A stretch of 64,000 bases of DNA from a virus. The DNA lies in the IMG/VR virus record IMGVR_UViG_3300044695_008209, positions 1-64,000 of that record; one strand, given 5' to 3'. Shown here in pieces: positions 44,267 to 53,672 of the stretch; position 1 is the first letter of the stretch, and each line of letters opens with the position of its first letter. A program made the translations under genes and the position numbers. Below the pieces are notes generated by a model. It worked only from the letters and a program-made list of their open reading frames with translations. It did no database searches and was not told the DNA's origin.

Positions 44267-45964
44267 GTGCCAACGGACGTTCCAGGGCTGCTCTCCTCCA
44301 TGGGTCCCCCCGGCGAGTGGTCGGGAGCCGTGGCAGGGACCGTCTCGCCCGAACAGCGGCAGGACCTCCTCCGCGCGTGGCGCTCGATGTCCGCAGAGGA
44401 GAGGAACACGATCGTCGCGAAGTGGCGTGAGCGCTTCAACGCACCAGCGGACAAGACGGCGTCGGAGGGCCGCGTCACCGCCGGCATCCTCCACGCCCTG
44501 GGCCATGCGGCCGCAGCTGAGCGGGTCGCCGTGGGCGGTCAGCGCGCGGCCGCGTACCTGCGCTCTGCGCTGCTGCACGAACCGTCGTGGCAGCCGGCTG
44601 CGCTCAAGCGTCCCACCGAGGTGATCAAGCGCGCGGGCCTGCCCGTCTCGAAGGAGCACAGGGAAGCTGCGCGCCGCGTCGACACGCACTTCCGCAGCAA
44701 CGACCCCAAGAAGTGGGACACCCTCATGGACAACGTGCAGCGCAAGTCCTTCGTGGCCGCGGTGAAGCAGGACACCCGGGCTGATCCCAAGTTCGAGCGC
44801 CACGTCGACCAGATGGGGCGGCTCCTCACCGGGAAGGCGATCGGGAAGGTCGGGCAGTACGACATCGTCCGGATGCGTGGAGGCGGCATCGGCTGCACCT
44901 GCCCCGACTGGCGCTACAAGAAGTCGGTCGCCAGTGCCGGCGAGCAGGACTGCAAGCACATTGCGGAGTGGAGAGCGACGAAGGGGGTGAAGACCGCCGC
45001 GGCCCTCTCCCCGACCACCGCCAAGAAGGTCTTCGCAGCAGGCACGGCACTCGGACTTGGGGCCCTGGCCGTAGGCCTGCACCGCAACGCGAAGAGCACC
45101 CAGTTCACGCCGGCGCAGAAGCAGATGCGCAGCCTGGCCATGCACGAGGTCGCGGGGCTCGGCATGCTGGCCAGCCCGTACGCCGCGTCCCTCGCGTCCG
45201 CCGGCGCAGAGGCCCTCTCGGGACGTCCAGGACGTGTAGGTGTCGCAGCCCGCGCTGCGCACGCGGTGCTGGAGCCGCTCTCGCACGCGATGCACGGTGG
45301 CGAGGGGCACTCCACCGTCCTCCCGCACGCGAACGAACTCCTCGGCCTCGGGCTCCTCGTGCGCCCGTCGATGCAGGAGCTGCACCACCTGAACTCCCAG
45401 ATGAAGAAGCACGGTATGGCTGCGGTAGACCGCACCGAGGTGCTCAACGACGTCGGGTTCCACACGAGGGACAACAGGTACGTCACCTTGACCGACAAGA
45501 AGTACCTGAGCGCGCTCGCGGACGGGCACATCAAGGACAACAAGGTCTTCAAGGTCCCGCACGATGTCCAGCGGCTGCACGAGCGCCTATACGATCAGGG
45601 GCTGAAGCTCCCGCACAAAGACGCCGCGATCTACCTGCGCATGGAGCACGCTGCCGCGCAGACGCCGGGAGGCAACCGCATCAAGGTGCCGGGCGAAGCA
45701 CATGCCCCTGTTCATCTCGTAGGGGACCATGGCGTTCTACGCGATCTTGGAAACCTCACGTGGTCGCCAGACAAGAAGGGACGCGGAATCCTTACGACCT
45801 TCCGCACCCCCGAGATGGGGCTAAGAACACCGTTGACCGGACAGGCGGGCCGCAGCACTCTCCTCGCCGATGTGTTCAGCCACGAGCCGAAGCTCATGGC
45901 TGAACACAAGGAGCTTCGGAACGCGGCGCGCCGGTTCCTCGGGGCGTCGGTCAAGTCCCTGTAG
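44267..45964 (+). CDS. modular protein with SWIM Zn finger and hydrophobic segments (565 aa)
   Basis: GCTCPDWRYKK...DCKHI (CxC...CxH). Confidence 0.75.
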   Translation: MPTDVPGLLSSMGPPGEWSGAVAGTVSPEQRQDLLRAWRSMSAEERNTIVAKWRERFNAPADKTASEGRVTAGILHALGHAAAAERVAVGGQRAAAYLRSALLHEPSWQPAALKRPTEVIKRAGLPVSKEHREAARRVDTHFRSNDPKKWDTLMDNVQRKSFVAAVKQDTRADPKFERHVDQMGRLLTGKAIGKVGQYDIVRMRGGGIGCTCPDWRYKKSVASAGEQDCKHIAEWRATKGVKTAAALSPTTAKKVFAAGTALGLGALAVGLHRNAKSTQFTPAQKQMRSLAMHEVAGLGMLASPYAASLASAGAEALSGRPGRVGVAARAAHAVLEPLSHAMHGGEGHSTVLPHANELLGLGLLVRPSMQELHHLNSQMKKHGMAAVDRTEVLNDVGFHTRDNRYVTLTDKKYLSALADGHIKDNKVFKVPHDVQRLHERLYDQGLKLPHKDAAIYLRMEHAAAQTPGGNRIKVPGEAHAPVHLVGDHGVLRDLGNLTWSPDKKGRGILTTFRTPEMGLRTPLTGQAGRSTLLADVFSHEPKLMAEHKELRNAARRFLGASVKSL

Positions 45965-46262
45965 GACCATCCCGGTGCGTGCGCACCAAGATGCGCAGGA
46001 CCCGGTCGTTCTTGACCCAGACGTGCACGGACGCGTGCGGGTACGCCACCACGATTTCCGCGGTGTCCGCATCCGCGTCCGTGCATCCAGGCAGGACATC
46101 AAGCAGCAAAAGCTGCGACTCCTCCTTCGTTTCCTCGTGTGTCCTCTCCGTGTACTGGAGGCGGGAGCCGTGCGGCCCTTCGTGGATCCAGGTCTCTTCC
46201 CCAACAGGGACCGTGACCTCTCCCCCGCCGGGAAGCTCCAACGTCTTCGGGATCTTCTCCAT
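45951..46262 (-). CDS. hypothetical protein (103 aa)
   Basis: TGATG overlap. Confidence 0.65.
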   Translation of the reverse strand: MEKIPKTLELPGGGEVTVPVGEETWIHEGPHGSRLQYTERTHEETKEESQLLLLDVLPGCTDADADTAEIVVAYPHASVHVWVKNDRVLRILVRTHRDGPTGT

Positions 46263-46447
46263 CACACCACCGTCATACGGCGGCAGGCCTGGCGGTTCGC
46301 CTCCTTCTTCCTGTCGCGCTGCACCAAGTGCATACCGCGCCACTCGTGGACACTGCCTCCGGCCGCGAAGTGCTCCTTGCGGATCACTCCCTGGACGGCG
46401 CGCAGGCGCTTGATGATCGCCTGCGCGCTCTTGTTCTTCTGAGTCAT
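46262..46447 (-). CDS. small basic phage protein (61 aa)
   Basis: Full CATAAG/GAGGTGAAC start. Confidence 0.75.
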   Translation of the reverse strand: MTQKNKSAQAIIKRLRAVQGVIRKEHFAAGGSVHEWRGMHLVQRDRKKEANRQACRRMTVV

Positions 46448-46661
46448 GGTTCACCTCAGCTTCCTTATGCCCAGATCCGACCCGTGGTTGCGCGTGCCGT
46501 AGAATGTGAGTACATCAGGGCTAAGAATGTTCACCGGCTCGCTTTCGTCGACCATCGACTACGCCCGAGTCGGGCGTCTACTCCCGCACTGTGGCCTGCA
46601 GGGCTGTAGCACCGGCAGTTTCAACACATGATCCTTATCCCCTGATTCTTCGGAGGTTGTA

Positions 46662-46922
46662 GTGCCCACTCTCGGCGAGTCCATCACCCAGGTGCGCGAC
46701 ATGGAGGGGCGCGCCGTCGTGCTCCGCACCGTCGCCTCCCACCTCCGCACGAAATACGTCTCGCGCGACTCGACCCCCGCCCTGGCGCAGATGCGCTCCC
46801 CTGACGGGAGCCCGGTCATCGAGGCGGTGATCGAGAACACGGCCGGGGAGTTCGAGCGGGAAGCCGCGCAGCTCGAGCAGGCAGTCAAGGCCGCGAAGGC
46901 CACCGAGGTGTCCGATGGGTAG
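46662..46922 (+). CDS. hypothetical protein (86 aa)
   Basis: GGAGG RBS, GTG start. Confidence 0.7.
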   Translation: MPTLGESITQVRDMEGRAVVLRTVASHLRTKYVSRDSTPALAQMRSPDGSPVIEAVIENTAGEFEREAAQLEQAVKAAKATEVSDG

Positions 46923-47421
46923 GGAGAAGGACGAGCAGAAGGCACGTGCGGCGACCCGCCGGGAGCGACTCCTGGACGAGCTCATGACCGGGGCCATGAC
47001 CGAGAACTGGGCCAAGAGCCCGAACCCGGTGAAGCGGCGCATCGGCCGGCTCGAGGTCGGCTGGCGCGAGGGTATCCAGTGGCTGGCCGAGGACATCCGC
47101 AAGATGTACCTCAACTTCACCACCGTCAGCGACGCCTACGACATCCTCGACGTCAACCTCGCCGCGATCAAGAGCCTCTGCATCGACAAGGGCATCTTCA
47201 CCGAGGAGCAGTTCACGTTGCGTCGGGACGACATCATGGCGTACGTGGACGCGGAGCGGACGCGCCGGCAGGCCGAGATGGAGGCGATCGCCGAGGCGGC
47301 GCGCGTCGAGGCTGCGAAGCCGCCCGAGGAGAAGGTCGATGCTGACCTGGTGCGGATGCACGACTCCGCGGCTGCCACCACGGACGAAGACCACATCCCC
47401 AAGAGCGCGACCCTGTTCTGA
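46915..47421 (+). CDS. hypothetical protein (168 aa)
   Basis: GAGGTG RBS. Confidence 0.75.
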   Translation: MGREKDEQKARAATRRERLLDELMTGAMTENWAKSPNPVKRRIGRLEVGWREGIQWLAEDIRKMYLNFTTVSDAYDILDVNLAAIKSLCIDKGIFTEEQFTLRRDDIMAYVDAERTRRQAEMEAIAEAARVEAAKPPEEKVDADLVRMHDSAAATTDEDHIPKSATLF

Positions 47422-47422
47422 A

Positions 47423-47707
47423 CTACGCGTTCGTGGGAGGGTCCTCGCCGTCCGCGCGCTGAACGGGCGGCGTCGGCGTCTTCTTCGTCAGCCCGTGCTC
47501 GGCAGCATTGCCGCTGACGAAGGTGGCGAGGATGCCGGCCAATCCCAGCAGCAGAGAGTCGAGCTCGCTCTGCGAGATCTCGGGACCGTTCGGGCCCAGG
47601 CCACCGGCACCGAGTGCCAACAGGAACAGCATGAGCAGCGCCTTGTCGTAGGCATCGCCCTTGCGGCCAGCAGTCCGCACTGACTTCAGGAACGTGGTCA
47701 TATGCAC
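47423..47707 (-). CDS. two-TM membrane protein, holin-like
   Basis: LLMLFLLALGAGGLG and LLLGLAGILATFVSG. Confidence 0.55.
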   Translation of the reverse strand: MHMTTFLKSVRTAGRKGDAYDKALLMLFLLALGAGGLGPNGPEISQSELDSLLLGLAGILATFVSGNAAEHGLTKKTPTPPVQRADGEDPPTNA

Positions 47708-47738
47708 CTCGTGGGCATTCTACAACGGAGGGATCCAG

Positions 47739-47988
47739 ATGCTTCAGGTCGTGCAGGAGTACTACTCCAATCTGCGGAAGGACGGGACCTTGTGGGGGTG
47801 TGGGCATCGCGTTGAGGATCTCGCGGTGGACGAGAACGGGCAGGTGGTGTGCGCGGTGTGCTCGGGCTACACTGCCCCTGAACGGCAACTCGTTGAAGCT
47901 GGACGGCGGAAGCGGGCTCGCCCTGCGGGAGCTGCGTTCCCGGCTGAACTACAAGGAGCAGTGCGCTGACTCCTCGAAGGAGGAGTAG
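47739..47988 (+). CDS. small Zn-ribbon protein with apparent +1 frameshift at GGG 47864-47866
   Basis: MLQVVQEY...GCGH...VCAVCS joins ATLPLNGNSLKL...KEE; span 250 nt = 83 codons + 1. Confidence 0.5.
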
Positions 47989-48357
47989 GTGTACGAGTAC
48001 AACGCGACGGTCGAGCGTGTGGTGGACGGAGACACGGTCGACCTGCTGATCGACCTGGGCTTCAAGATGCTGTACCGGCACTCGTGTCGGCTGTACGGCA
48101 TCAACGCGAACGAGCACGGGACGGAGGCAGGCGAGGCCGCGAAGGCGTACCTCACGCAGATGCTACCGGTCGGTATGAAGGTCGTCGTCAAGACGGAGAA
48201 GGACAAGGCCGAGAAGTACGGTCGAATCCTGGGCAGTCTCTACCTCGTGTCCGTGAAGAAGCGAAAGGTCGTGGTCGAGACCGTCTCGATCAACATGCGG
48301 CTGGTCACGGAGGGGCACGCCAAGGCCTGGGATGGTCAGGGCGCGAAGCCCGTGTAG
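47989..48357 (+). CDS. thermonuclease (SNase family)
   Basis: VERVVDGDTVDLLIDLGF, RLYGINANE, EKYGRIL, INMRLVTEGHA. Confidence 0.9.
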   Translation: MYEYNATVERVVDGDTVDLLIDLGFKMLYRHSCRLYGINANEHGTEAGEAAKAYLTQMLPVGMKVVVKTEKDKAEKYGRILGSLYLVSVKKRKVVVETVSINMRLVTEGHAKAWDGQGAKPV

Positions 48358-48607
48358 CTACGGCTCGGGGCCGATGCGCCAGGGCTTGCGCGGCGGTTCT
48401 GTGGGAGTCGGCGCCGGTGCTGGCGGTGGTACAGGAGCCGGCTTCACGACAGGAGATGAGACAGGTTCCGGAGCGGGCTCCGGATCTGGACCGACGGCCA
48501 CGGCCAGCAGCAGGCGACAGCTGAAGATGTGGACGTTGAACAAGTTCACCTCGCCGCTAATCTACGCGGCGAGGGGCAGCTTTGCCAGCTAAACAAGAGA
48601 CCGTCGC

Positions 48608-48645
48608 GCAGGTGGACACGCCCCAGAAGGGCGTGTCCACCTGCA
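48608..48645 (-). terminator. long perfect hairpin preceding TTTAGC
   Basis: GCAGGTGGACACGCC-C-CAGAA-GGGCGTGTCCACCTGC; GCTAAAC at 48588. Confidence 0.75.
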
Positions 48646-48651
48646 CCTTCG

Positions 48652-49080
48652 CTACTCCGCCGAGAGCGCGTGGACCGCCCAGAACTGGACAGCCTCCTCC
48701 GCGGCCTCGGGGGGCAGGCTGGCGTCGGTGATCTCACGCGGGGCGGCCGGGCCACCGTACGCCGTGAACACCTTCACGACGTTGCCCTCGCGCACTCCGA
48801 TGACGGTCATCAGGGTGGTCACGCGGGGCGTCCGGCCGCAGAGGCGCGAGAGCCCCTTGCGGTTCCCGCGCGTGGCCCAGCGGACTTCCGTGGAGGGCAC
48901 CGGCGCGTCCCCGGCGATGGGGCCGTGGATCCCGCTCATCAGGGGGGCGCATCCGTTGGGGAGCTCCACCGTCTTCAGCAGGAAGCCTTCGCCGGCCTCC
49001 GCGAAGAGGGAGAGGATGACGTCCTTGTGGGACGCCTCGATGCCGTGGTCGGCGTGGAAGATGGTGAGCGAGAGGGACAT
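48652..49080 (-). CDS. conserved hypothetical phage protein (142 aa)
   Basis: CATAAG at 49124; codon bias. Confidence 0.75.
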   Translation of the reverse strand: MSLSLTIFHADHGIEASHKDVILSLFAEAGEGFLLKTVELPNGCAPLMSGIHGPIAGDAPVPSTEVRWATRGNRKGLSRLCGRTPRVTTLMTVIGVREGNVVKVFTAYGGPAAPREITDASLPPEAAEEAVQFWAVHALSAE

Positions 49081-49188
49081 GGCGGGCTCCGGCAGGAAGG
49101 GCTGTATTCCCTGCGCTATCTTCCTTATGGCTGATTCAACCTGCTCATTTAGCTAAGAGGACGACCCCGCAAAGCGGAGCCGCCTCAC

Positions 49189-49923
49189 CTACTCGAGGTC
49201 GACGTCGTCGTTGTCGTCCCCGCCGGCCGGGTCACGGTCGTCCGGCTCCGCTGCATCTGCGCGCTGTCCCTCAGCGACCTTCTCCAGGAACCTCCGGAAC
49301 TCCAGGTCCAGGCCCTGCTCCCCGATGAACGCGCAGCAGAGCTCCTTGAGGGACTTCTCGTCCCAGTCCAGCCCGTCCATGACGTCGTCGAGGTGCGCCA
49401 CGGGGTCGTCTCCGGTGCCCAGCATGGCGCGCTCCAGCCGGTCGCCCGCCGCGCTCGCGTGCGCCCAGCGGATGTCGTCCCGCGTGATGATCACGCAGAA
49501 ACCGCCGTACCCGTCGAACAGCGGCCGCGACGCCGTGTTCGCCCCCTCCACTCGGAGGAACCGAACCTCCTCCGGGAGGTAGGACAGGAGCCACTGGAGC
49601 CACACCGCGCTCTGGTCGTCGATGCTCTCGTCGAAGAAGATGTGCGTGTTCTCCTCGTAGCGGGTGACGCTCATGCACCGGACGCCCGAGAGCGCCTCCT
49701 CGGTCCAGGCCCAGTTCATGCGGTTGTCGGGGGCGAGGTCCTCCCCAAGTTCAATCAGTCCCGCCTCGACGAGCGTGTTGAAGAAGTCGCGGTCGGCCCA
49801 GAGCTCGTCGAGGAGGGCGTCCTCGTCTCCGCCCGAACTCGCCTCGAGCAGGATGTGGTGCACGAAGTCGGGGACGTTTTCGATCGGCGCGGTCACGCAC
49901 GCCGGCGTGTAGTAGCCGGCCAC
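49189..49923 (-). CDS. hypothetical acidic protein (244 aa)
   Basis: GGAG RBS, GTG start directly after upstream TAG. Confidence 0.7.
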   Translation of the reverse strand: MAGYYTPACVTAPIENVPDFVHHILLEASSGGDEDALLDELWADRDFFNTLVEAGLIELGEDLAPDNRMNWAWTEEALSGVRCMSVTRYEENTHIFFDESIDDQSAVWLQWLLSYLPEEVRFLRVEGANTASRPLFDGYGGFCVIITRDDIRWAHASAAGDRLERAMLGTGDDPVAHLDDVMDGLDWDEKSLKELCCAFIGEQGLDLEFRRFLEKVAEGQRADAAEPDDRDPAGGDDNDDVDLE

Positions 49924-50208
49924 CTACTTCTCCTTCTTGCTCTGACGTACGCGCCAGATGCGGGGGTCTTCTTCTCCGGCCAGGGCCGTGGACACGACCT
50001 TGCCGAGGCGGTCCTTGTCGTCGAGGTAGAGCCGTTCCACGCTCACACGCGAGTCGAGACCGCGGCTGCGCAGCGTGGTCTCGGTCTCGTCGTGGGTGAG
50101 GTACGTCACGGCACGCCCCTTCCCAGCCTCCTCATTCGCGACCAGGATGAGCATGGCCGTCTTGTACGTCTTGGGCGGACCCTTGATGGTGGTGATGTTC
50201 TTGGGCAT
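49924..50208 (-). CDS. small RecA/KaiC-like P-loop fragment, degenerate Walker A
   Basis: ITTIKGPPKTYKT...AVTYLTHDE. Confidence 0.45.
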   Translation of the reverse strand: MPKNITTIKGPPKTYKTAMLILVANEEAGKGRAVTYLTHDETETTLRSRGLDSRVSVERLYLDDKDRLGKVVSTALAGEEDPRIWRVRQSKKEK

Positions 50209-50209
50209 C

Positions 50210-50599
50210 TCAGTTCTCCTCCTCGTCCTGGACGACGCGGGGGACGAACCCGGTGCGCCTCTCTTCGATCGGCGCGGGGCCGGTGACCGGGAACGTGGGG
50301 GCCAGCTGCGCGATGCACGCGTACGGGATCTCGACCGCGTACAGGCGGTCGAAGCTGAGGTTGCACGACACGTGGTCGTCGTGGAACTCCGCGCACATGC
50401 TGTCGAACACCTTCGCCTCCAGCGCCAGGAGAAGGATCGGGTTCCAGGTCGGATCCTCGAGGACGTGGAGCGGGAACCCGTTGTTCGGGTGCAGGCGGAG
50501 CACCGGCGTCACCAGGCACATGCCGAAGTCGACGTAGCTCTCGAAGGTCATCTTGAGGATCGTGCGCACGGTGCGGATCCTGTCCTTGTCGTCGTTCAT
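50210..50599 (-). CDS. sspB: SspB-like ClpXP adaptor (stringent starvation protein B)
   Basis: GFPLHV...ILLL...MCAEFHDDHVSCNLSFD..YAVEIPYACIAQL, acidic tail. Confidence 0.65.
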   Translation of the reverse strand: MNDDKDRIRTVRTILKMTFESYVDFGMCLVTPVLRLHPNNGFPLHVLEDPTWNPILLLALEAKVFDSMCAEFHDDHVSCNLSFDRLYAVEIPYACIAQLAPTFPVTGPAPIEERRTGFVPRVVQDEEEN

Positions 50600-51171
50600 G
50601 CTTCCTCGATGGTGAAGGTGGCGTGGATGTTGAAGCGGAGGGGAATCTTGGTGTCCTGATGCACACCGGCGAGCTTGTGTGCGGTGAGCTCGATGAGCGA
50701 CCCACTGGGCACGCGGTGCGCGGAGAAGATCCGCCCCGCGCGATCAGCGAGCACGGGCAACAGGCGCACTTCCTCGGTCCCGCCCCCCGTACTCTGGAGC
50801 CGCGGCACGACGACCCGGTTCGTCCCCAAGGCGGAGGAGCGCCCGGCCAACACGACGAGACACACCTCGATCCTGGTGGTGTCCATCCGCAGGACCGCCT
50901 CCATCAGAGGGGCCTCCAGCTGGCTGAGGTCGAGGACGACCGCGTCGAAGGTGGCCAGTACCGGCGTCTGCGCGGGCCACGGCGCTTTCCCGTAGAGCTG
51001 CTCCGGGGTGATGATCTCCGGTCGGTGCACCGACGGGAACCACCGCTCGATGCTGAATGCCTCGTCGGAGACCACGAGGACGTGCTTGCCCGCCTCCTCC
51101 ATCTGCCGACTGACCCAGCTGGCCAAGGCCGTGCGCCCGCTCTTGGCGGGTCCCGTGATGACCGTGAGCAT
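50596..51171 (-). CDS. P-loop NTPase-like protein, degenerate Walker A
   Basis: VITGPAKSGRT, VLVVSDE, FDAVVLD. Confidence 0.55.
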   Translation of the reverse strand: MLTVITGPAKSGRTALASWVSRQMEEAGKHVLVVSDEAFSIERWFPSVHRPEIITPEQLYGKAPWPAQTPVLATFDAVVLDLSQLEAPLMEAVLRMDTTRIEVCLVVLAGRSSALGTNRVVVPRLQSTGGGTEEVRLLPVLADRAGRIFSAHRVPSGSLIELTAHKLAGVHQDTKIPLRFNIHATFTIEEA

Positions 51172-51431
51172 CAGGACGCCTCTTTCGGAACCACGAGCGC
51201 CTGCTCTTCGAGCATGGCCTTCAGGTCCGCGCGCATCTCCGGGGACACCGCCAAGGCCTCCTTCAGGCAGACCATCACGTCGCCCCAGCCGACGGCGAGG
51301 CACTTCTTGCCGGACTTCGGCACGAGGAGCCCTTCCGAGAACGCTTCCGGCTGCGCCAGCGCCTTGGACATCGTGAACTCCATCGTGATGCCGCTGCGCT
51401 TCACGCCGTAGTACATGGCCTTCTTCATCAC
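51171..51431 (-). CDS. hypothetical protein (86 aa)
   Basis: Overlaps. Confidence 0.7.
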   Translation of the reverse strand: MMKKAMYYGVKRSGITMEFTMSKALAQPEAFSEGLLVPKSGKKCLAVGWGDVMVCLKEALAVSPEMRADLKAMLEEQALVVPKEAS

Positions 51432-51847
51432 TCTTCTCCGTCCCGCCAGTGGCAGTCTTGGAGCGTCCAGTCGGTACGCTCCGGTTGTTGGATCAGCCGG
51501 CGCTCGAGCGCCGCGTAGTCGACGGTCAGGAACGTGGTCATCTCAGGCCACGTCTCCTTGCGCATCTTGTGCATGAGCAGCCGAAATCGGTCGCCCTCCT
51601 CCGTGCGGGGCATCGGGATGTTCTGCAGCGCAGGACCACGTCGATGGCGATCCAGGACCCGCACCCCCTCGAACGTGACGGGGTTGTTCTTCGCGAGGCG
51701 CCGCAGCTCCCACACGAACTCGTCCATCTTGGCCCGGTCCTCCGGCGAGAGCAGTCGGTCCGTGGAGATCAGCGAGATGCTGTCGCGGAAGAAGGGGACT
51801 ACCGGAATGCTGCCGAAGAGAAGCTCAAAATCATCCTTGCGGCTCAT
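51428..51847 (-). CDS. hypothetical protein (139 aa)
   Basis: AGGAG RBS; ERRL/YAALE segment weakly PolA-like. Confidence 0.6.
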   Translation of the reverse strand: MSRKDDFELLFGSIPVVPFFRDSISLISTDRLLSPEDRAKMDEFVWELRRLAKNNPVTFEGVRVLDRHRRGPALQNIPMPRTEEGDRFRLLMHKMRKETWPEMTTFLTVDYAALERRLIQQPERTDWTLQDCHWRDGEE

Positions 51848-52055
51848 GCGCCTTCTCCTTCTTGGGCGGAGTGATCCGCACGTAGACATCCTTGAGCCAG
51901 TGCCGGAACTTGTGGACCTCCGAGCCCTTCCGGTCCACGAGGTTCTCGTTGCTCGCCTGCACGACTGTCCAGTCCAGGCGTTCCGGCAGGAACACCCCGA
52001 TGGGAGAGTCCATCGGGGTGACGCGGAAGTCGCGCACCAAGGGCCTGGGCTCCAT
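51831..52055 (-). CDS. hypothetical protein (74 aa)
   Basis: TGATG overlap. Confidence 0.65.
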   Translation of the reverse strand: MEPRPLVRDFRVTPMDSPIGVFLPERLDWTVVQASNENLVDRKGSEVHKFRHWLKDVYVRITPPKKEKAHEPQG

Positions 52056-52282
52056 CAGGACTTCCTCTCGCGGCTGCGCCTGAACCCCTCGAGCGCGTCA
52101 GTTGTGCGCTGGCACTCCACCCAGGGGAAGTGGAAGTACGGTCCAAGGATGCTGAGATCGCGTGCCAGGCCCTGGTAGAACTTGAGCGCGGTGTCGAGCT
52201 CGGCGTCCGTGAGCCCGTCGCCGACGGAGATCTTGCGGATGATCTCCTTGGTCATCCCTACGTTGTCGCGGTTGCTCGCCAT
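52055..52282 (-). CDS. hypothetical protein (75 aa)
   Basis: TGATG overlap with ligase stop. Confidence 0.65.
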   Translation of the reverse strand: MASNRDNVGMTKEIIRKISVGDGLTDAELDTALKFYQGLARDLSILGPYFHFPWVECQRTTDALEGFRRSRERKS

Positions 52283-53637
52283 CACAGCCTCGGGTTGATG
52301 CACTCGTCGAGCTTCTTGTCGAAGCGGACGCCGAGCACGCGTGGGTAGGTGAGAGCGTCGGTCTTCTCGCCCTCGGACTTGTAGGTGCGCGCCGTGTACT
52401 CCACCTGGAGCACGATCGGGTAGTCGGCGGGGTCCGAGTACTTCTCACGGAACTTGTCGTCGATGCCGCCGCCGCACTCGCAGATGTAGATGAGGTCGCC
52501 GGTGCTGTTGTACTGGTAGAGGCTGACCGCCCCGACCATGCCGCGGTTGTTGCCGGAACCCCACTTGCCCTGGACGCCCTCGCCACGCGCGTTGTTGGGG
52601 TCGAACTTCGCGACGAAGTCGTCCTCGTAGCAGGGCTTGAGCTTCCCGCAGAACTTCCCCGGGCGGTCGGTCTTGCCGCGGAAGTTGTAGGCCTTGTCGC
52701 CGTAGGTGCCCTCCGGATCAACGACGACCCAACCCTCCCACTTCCACTTCTTGGACACGGCCTGGGCGAACTCGCTGTGGTCCTTGATGTCCTGCTCGGG
52801 CTTGTCGTGGAACATGCGCCGCAGCTGCCCGACCTCCCAGACCTCCACCGGGAGGAACCAGCTGGTGCCCTTCCAGGAGTGGTCGAAGACGTCCCAGATG
52901 AGCTCGTAGCGCTTCCCGATCGGCAGCGTGCTCGCCAAGTCCGCCCCGTCCCAGAACGGGATGTCCCAGACGTAGAGGAAGGGAGGCGGCATGTCGTCGA
53001 GCGCCTCGGGAGTGAGGCTCTTCATGAACGACGCGATGCTCCACCGGGTGTCGTCCTTCGCGTCCCCCACGATGTCGCCGAGCAGGATCGAGTTGTTCGG
53101 GACGTCGGTGCGTGCCTCGAGCTCGGCCACCATCCGCACCAGGCGGTCGCGCCACTCGTACTGACCCACCTCGAGGTGGTGGCAGCGGAGCATCGTCCGC
53201 GAGTAGACGTCCACGTGGCCGTCGGGCCCCTTGACGATGACGAGGCACTCGCCGTCGCGCTTGCGCCCCAGCCACGCCGTTCGAGCTTCGACCTTCTTCA
53301 GCAGCGCGGTGCTGAGGGTGTTGTCCGGCTTGTAGAACCGGAGGTTGATGGGCAGCGTGCTGTTCCAGTCGATGCTGGTGGCGCGCTCCGAGCCCTCCTC
53401 CGTGTAGCCGGTCCTCGTCTTCTTCAGGATCGCGCGCCCGGCCTCGTACAGCGCGTCCTCCTCGGGGGTGACCTCGTTGGACCGGCCGATGTTCTTCCCG
53501 ACGCCCACGTCGACGACGGTCTGCATCTTCCCGCCGTCCTCGCCGTAGGCGGAGCGGATCTCCGCGCCCACGACCTCGATGGTCCAGATGCGGGTCTTGC
53601 CCGTCCGCGACACCTGCCGGAACTCACGCTTCTCCAT
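52282..53637 (-). CDS. ATP-dependent DNA ligase with N-terminal WGR-like domain
   Basis: KRDG (motif I), YSR, YVWD (IIIa), EGWVV (IV), KLKP..EDD (V), OB-fold CGGG...YPR...RFDK. Confidence 0.85.
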   Translation of the reverse strand: MEKREFRQVSRTGKTRIWTIEVVGAEIRSAYGEDGGKMQTVVDVGVGKNIGRSNEVTPEEDALYEAGRAILKKTRTGYTEEGSERATSIDWNSTLPINLRFYKPDNTLSTALLKKVEARTAWLGRKRDGECLVIVKGPDGHVDVYSRTMLRCHHLEVGQYEWRDRLVRMVAELEARTDVPNNSILLGDIVGDAKDDTRWSIASFMKSLTPEALDDMPPPFLYVWDIPFWDGADLASTLPIGKRYELIWDVFDHSWKGTSWFLPVEVWEVGQLRRMFHDKPEQDIKDHSEFAQAVSKKWKWEGWVVVDPEGTYGDKAYNFRGKTDRPGKFCGKLKPCYEDDFVAKFDPNNARGEGVQGKWGSGNNRGMVGAVSLYQYNSTGDLIYICECGGGIDDKFREKYSDPADYPIVLQVEYTARTYKSEGEKTDALTYPRVLGVRFDKKLDECINPRL

Positions 53638-53672
53638 GTTGCTCTCCTGTACTCACAAGGGTAGTTGTCTGC

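Larger units (their letters stand above)
9029..49156 (-). repeat. dispersed hairpin + TTAG(C) element (~22 copies)
   Basis: (G)CTAA on + strand, usually followed by an inverted repeat, at 9029, 9556, 9662, 18748, 20702, 21431, 23116, 24894, 25251, 26758, 27181, 27815, 28326, 29744, 30565, 32120, 33403, 35687, 35759, 46520, 48588, 49152. Confidence 0.75.

Noticed and set aside
42167-45580. 1137-aa minus-strand ORF and other long antisense ORFs (54936-57218, 58204-59343, 60378-63170, 6119-7387, 11241-12524)
   Set aside because: Shadow frames of real high-GC3 genes on the opposite strand; R/G/A/P-rich with no motifs.
48358-48549. 63-aa Pro-rich minus-strand ORF
   Set aside because: Low complexity with no clear RBS; cannot be distinguished from non-coding sequence.
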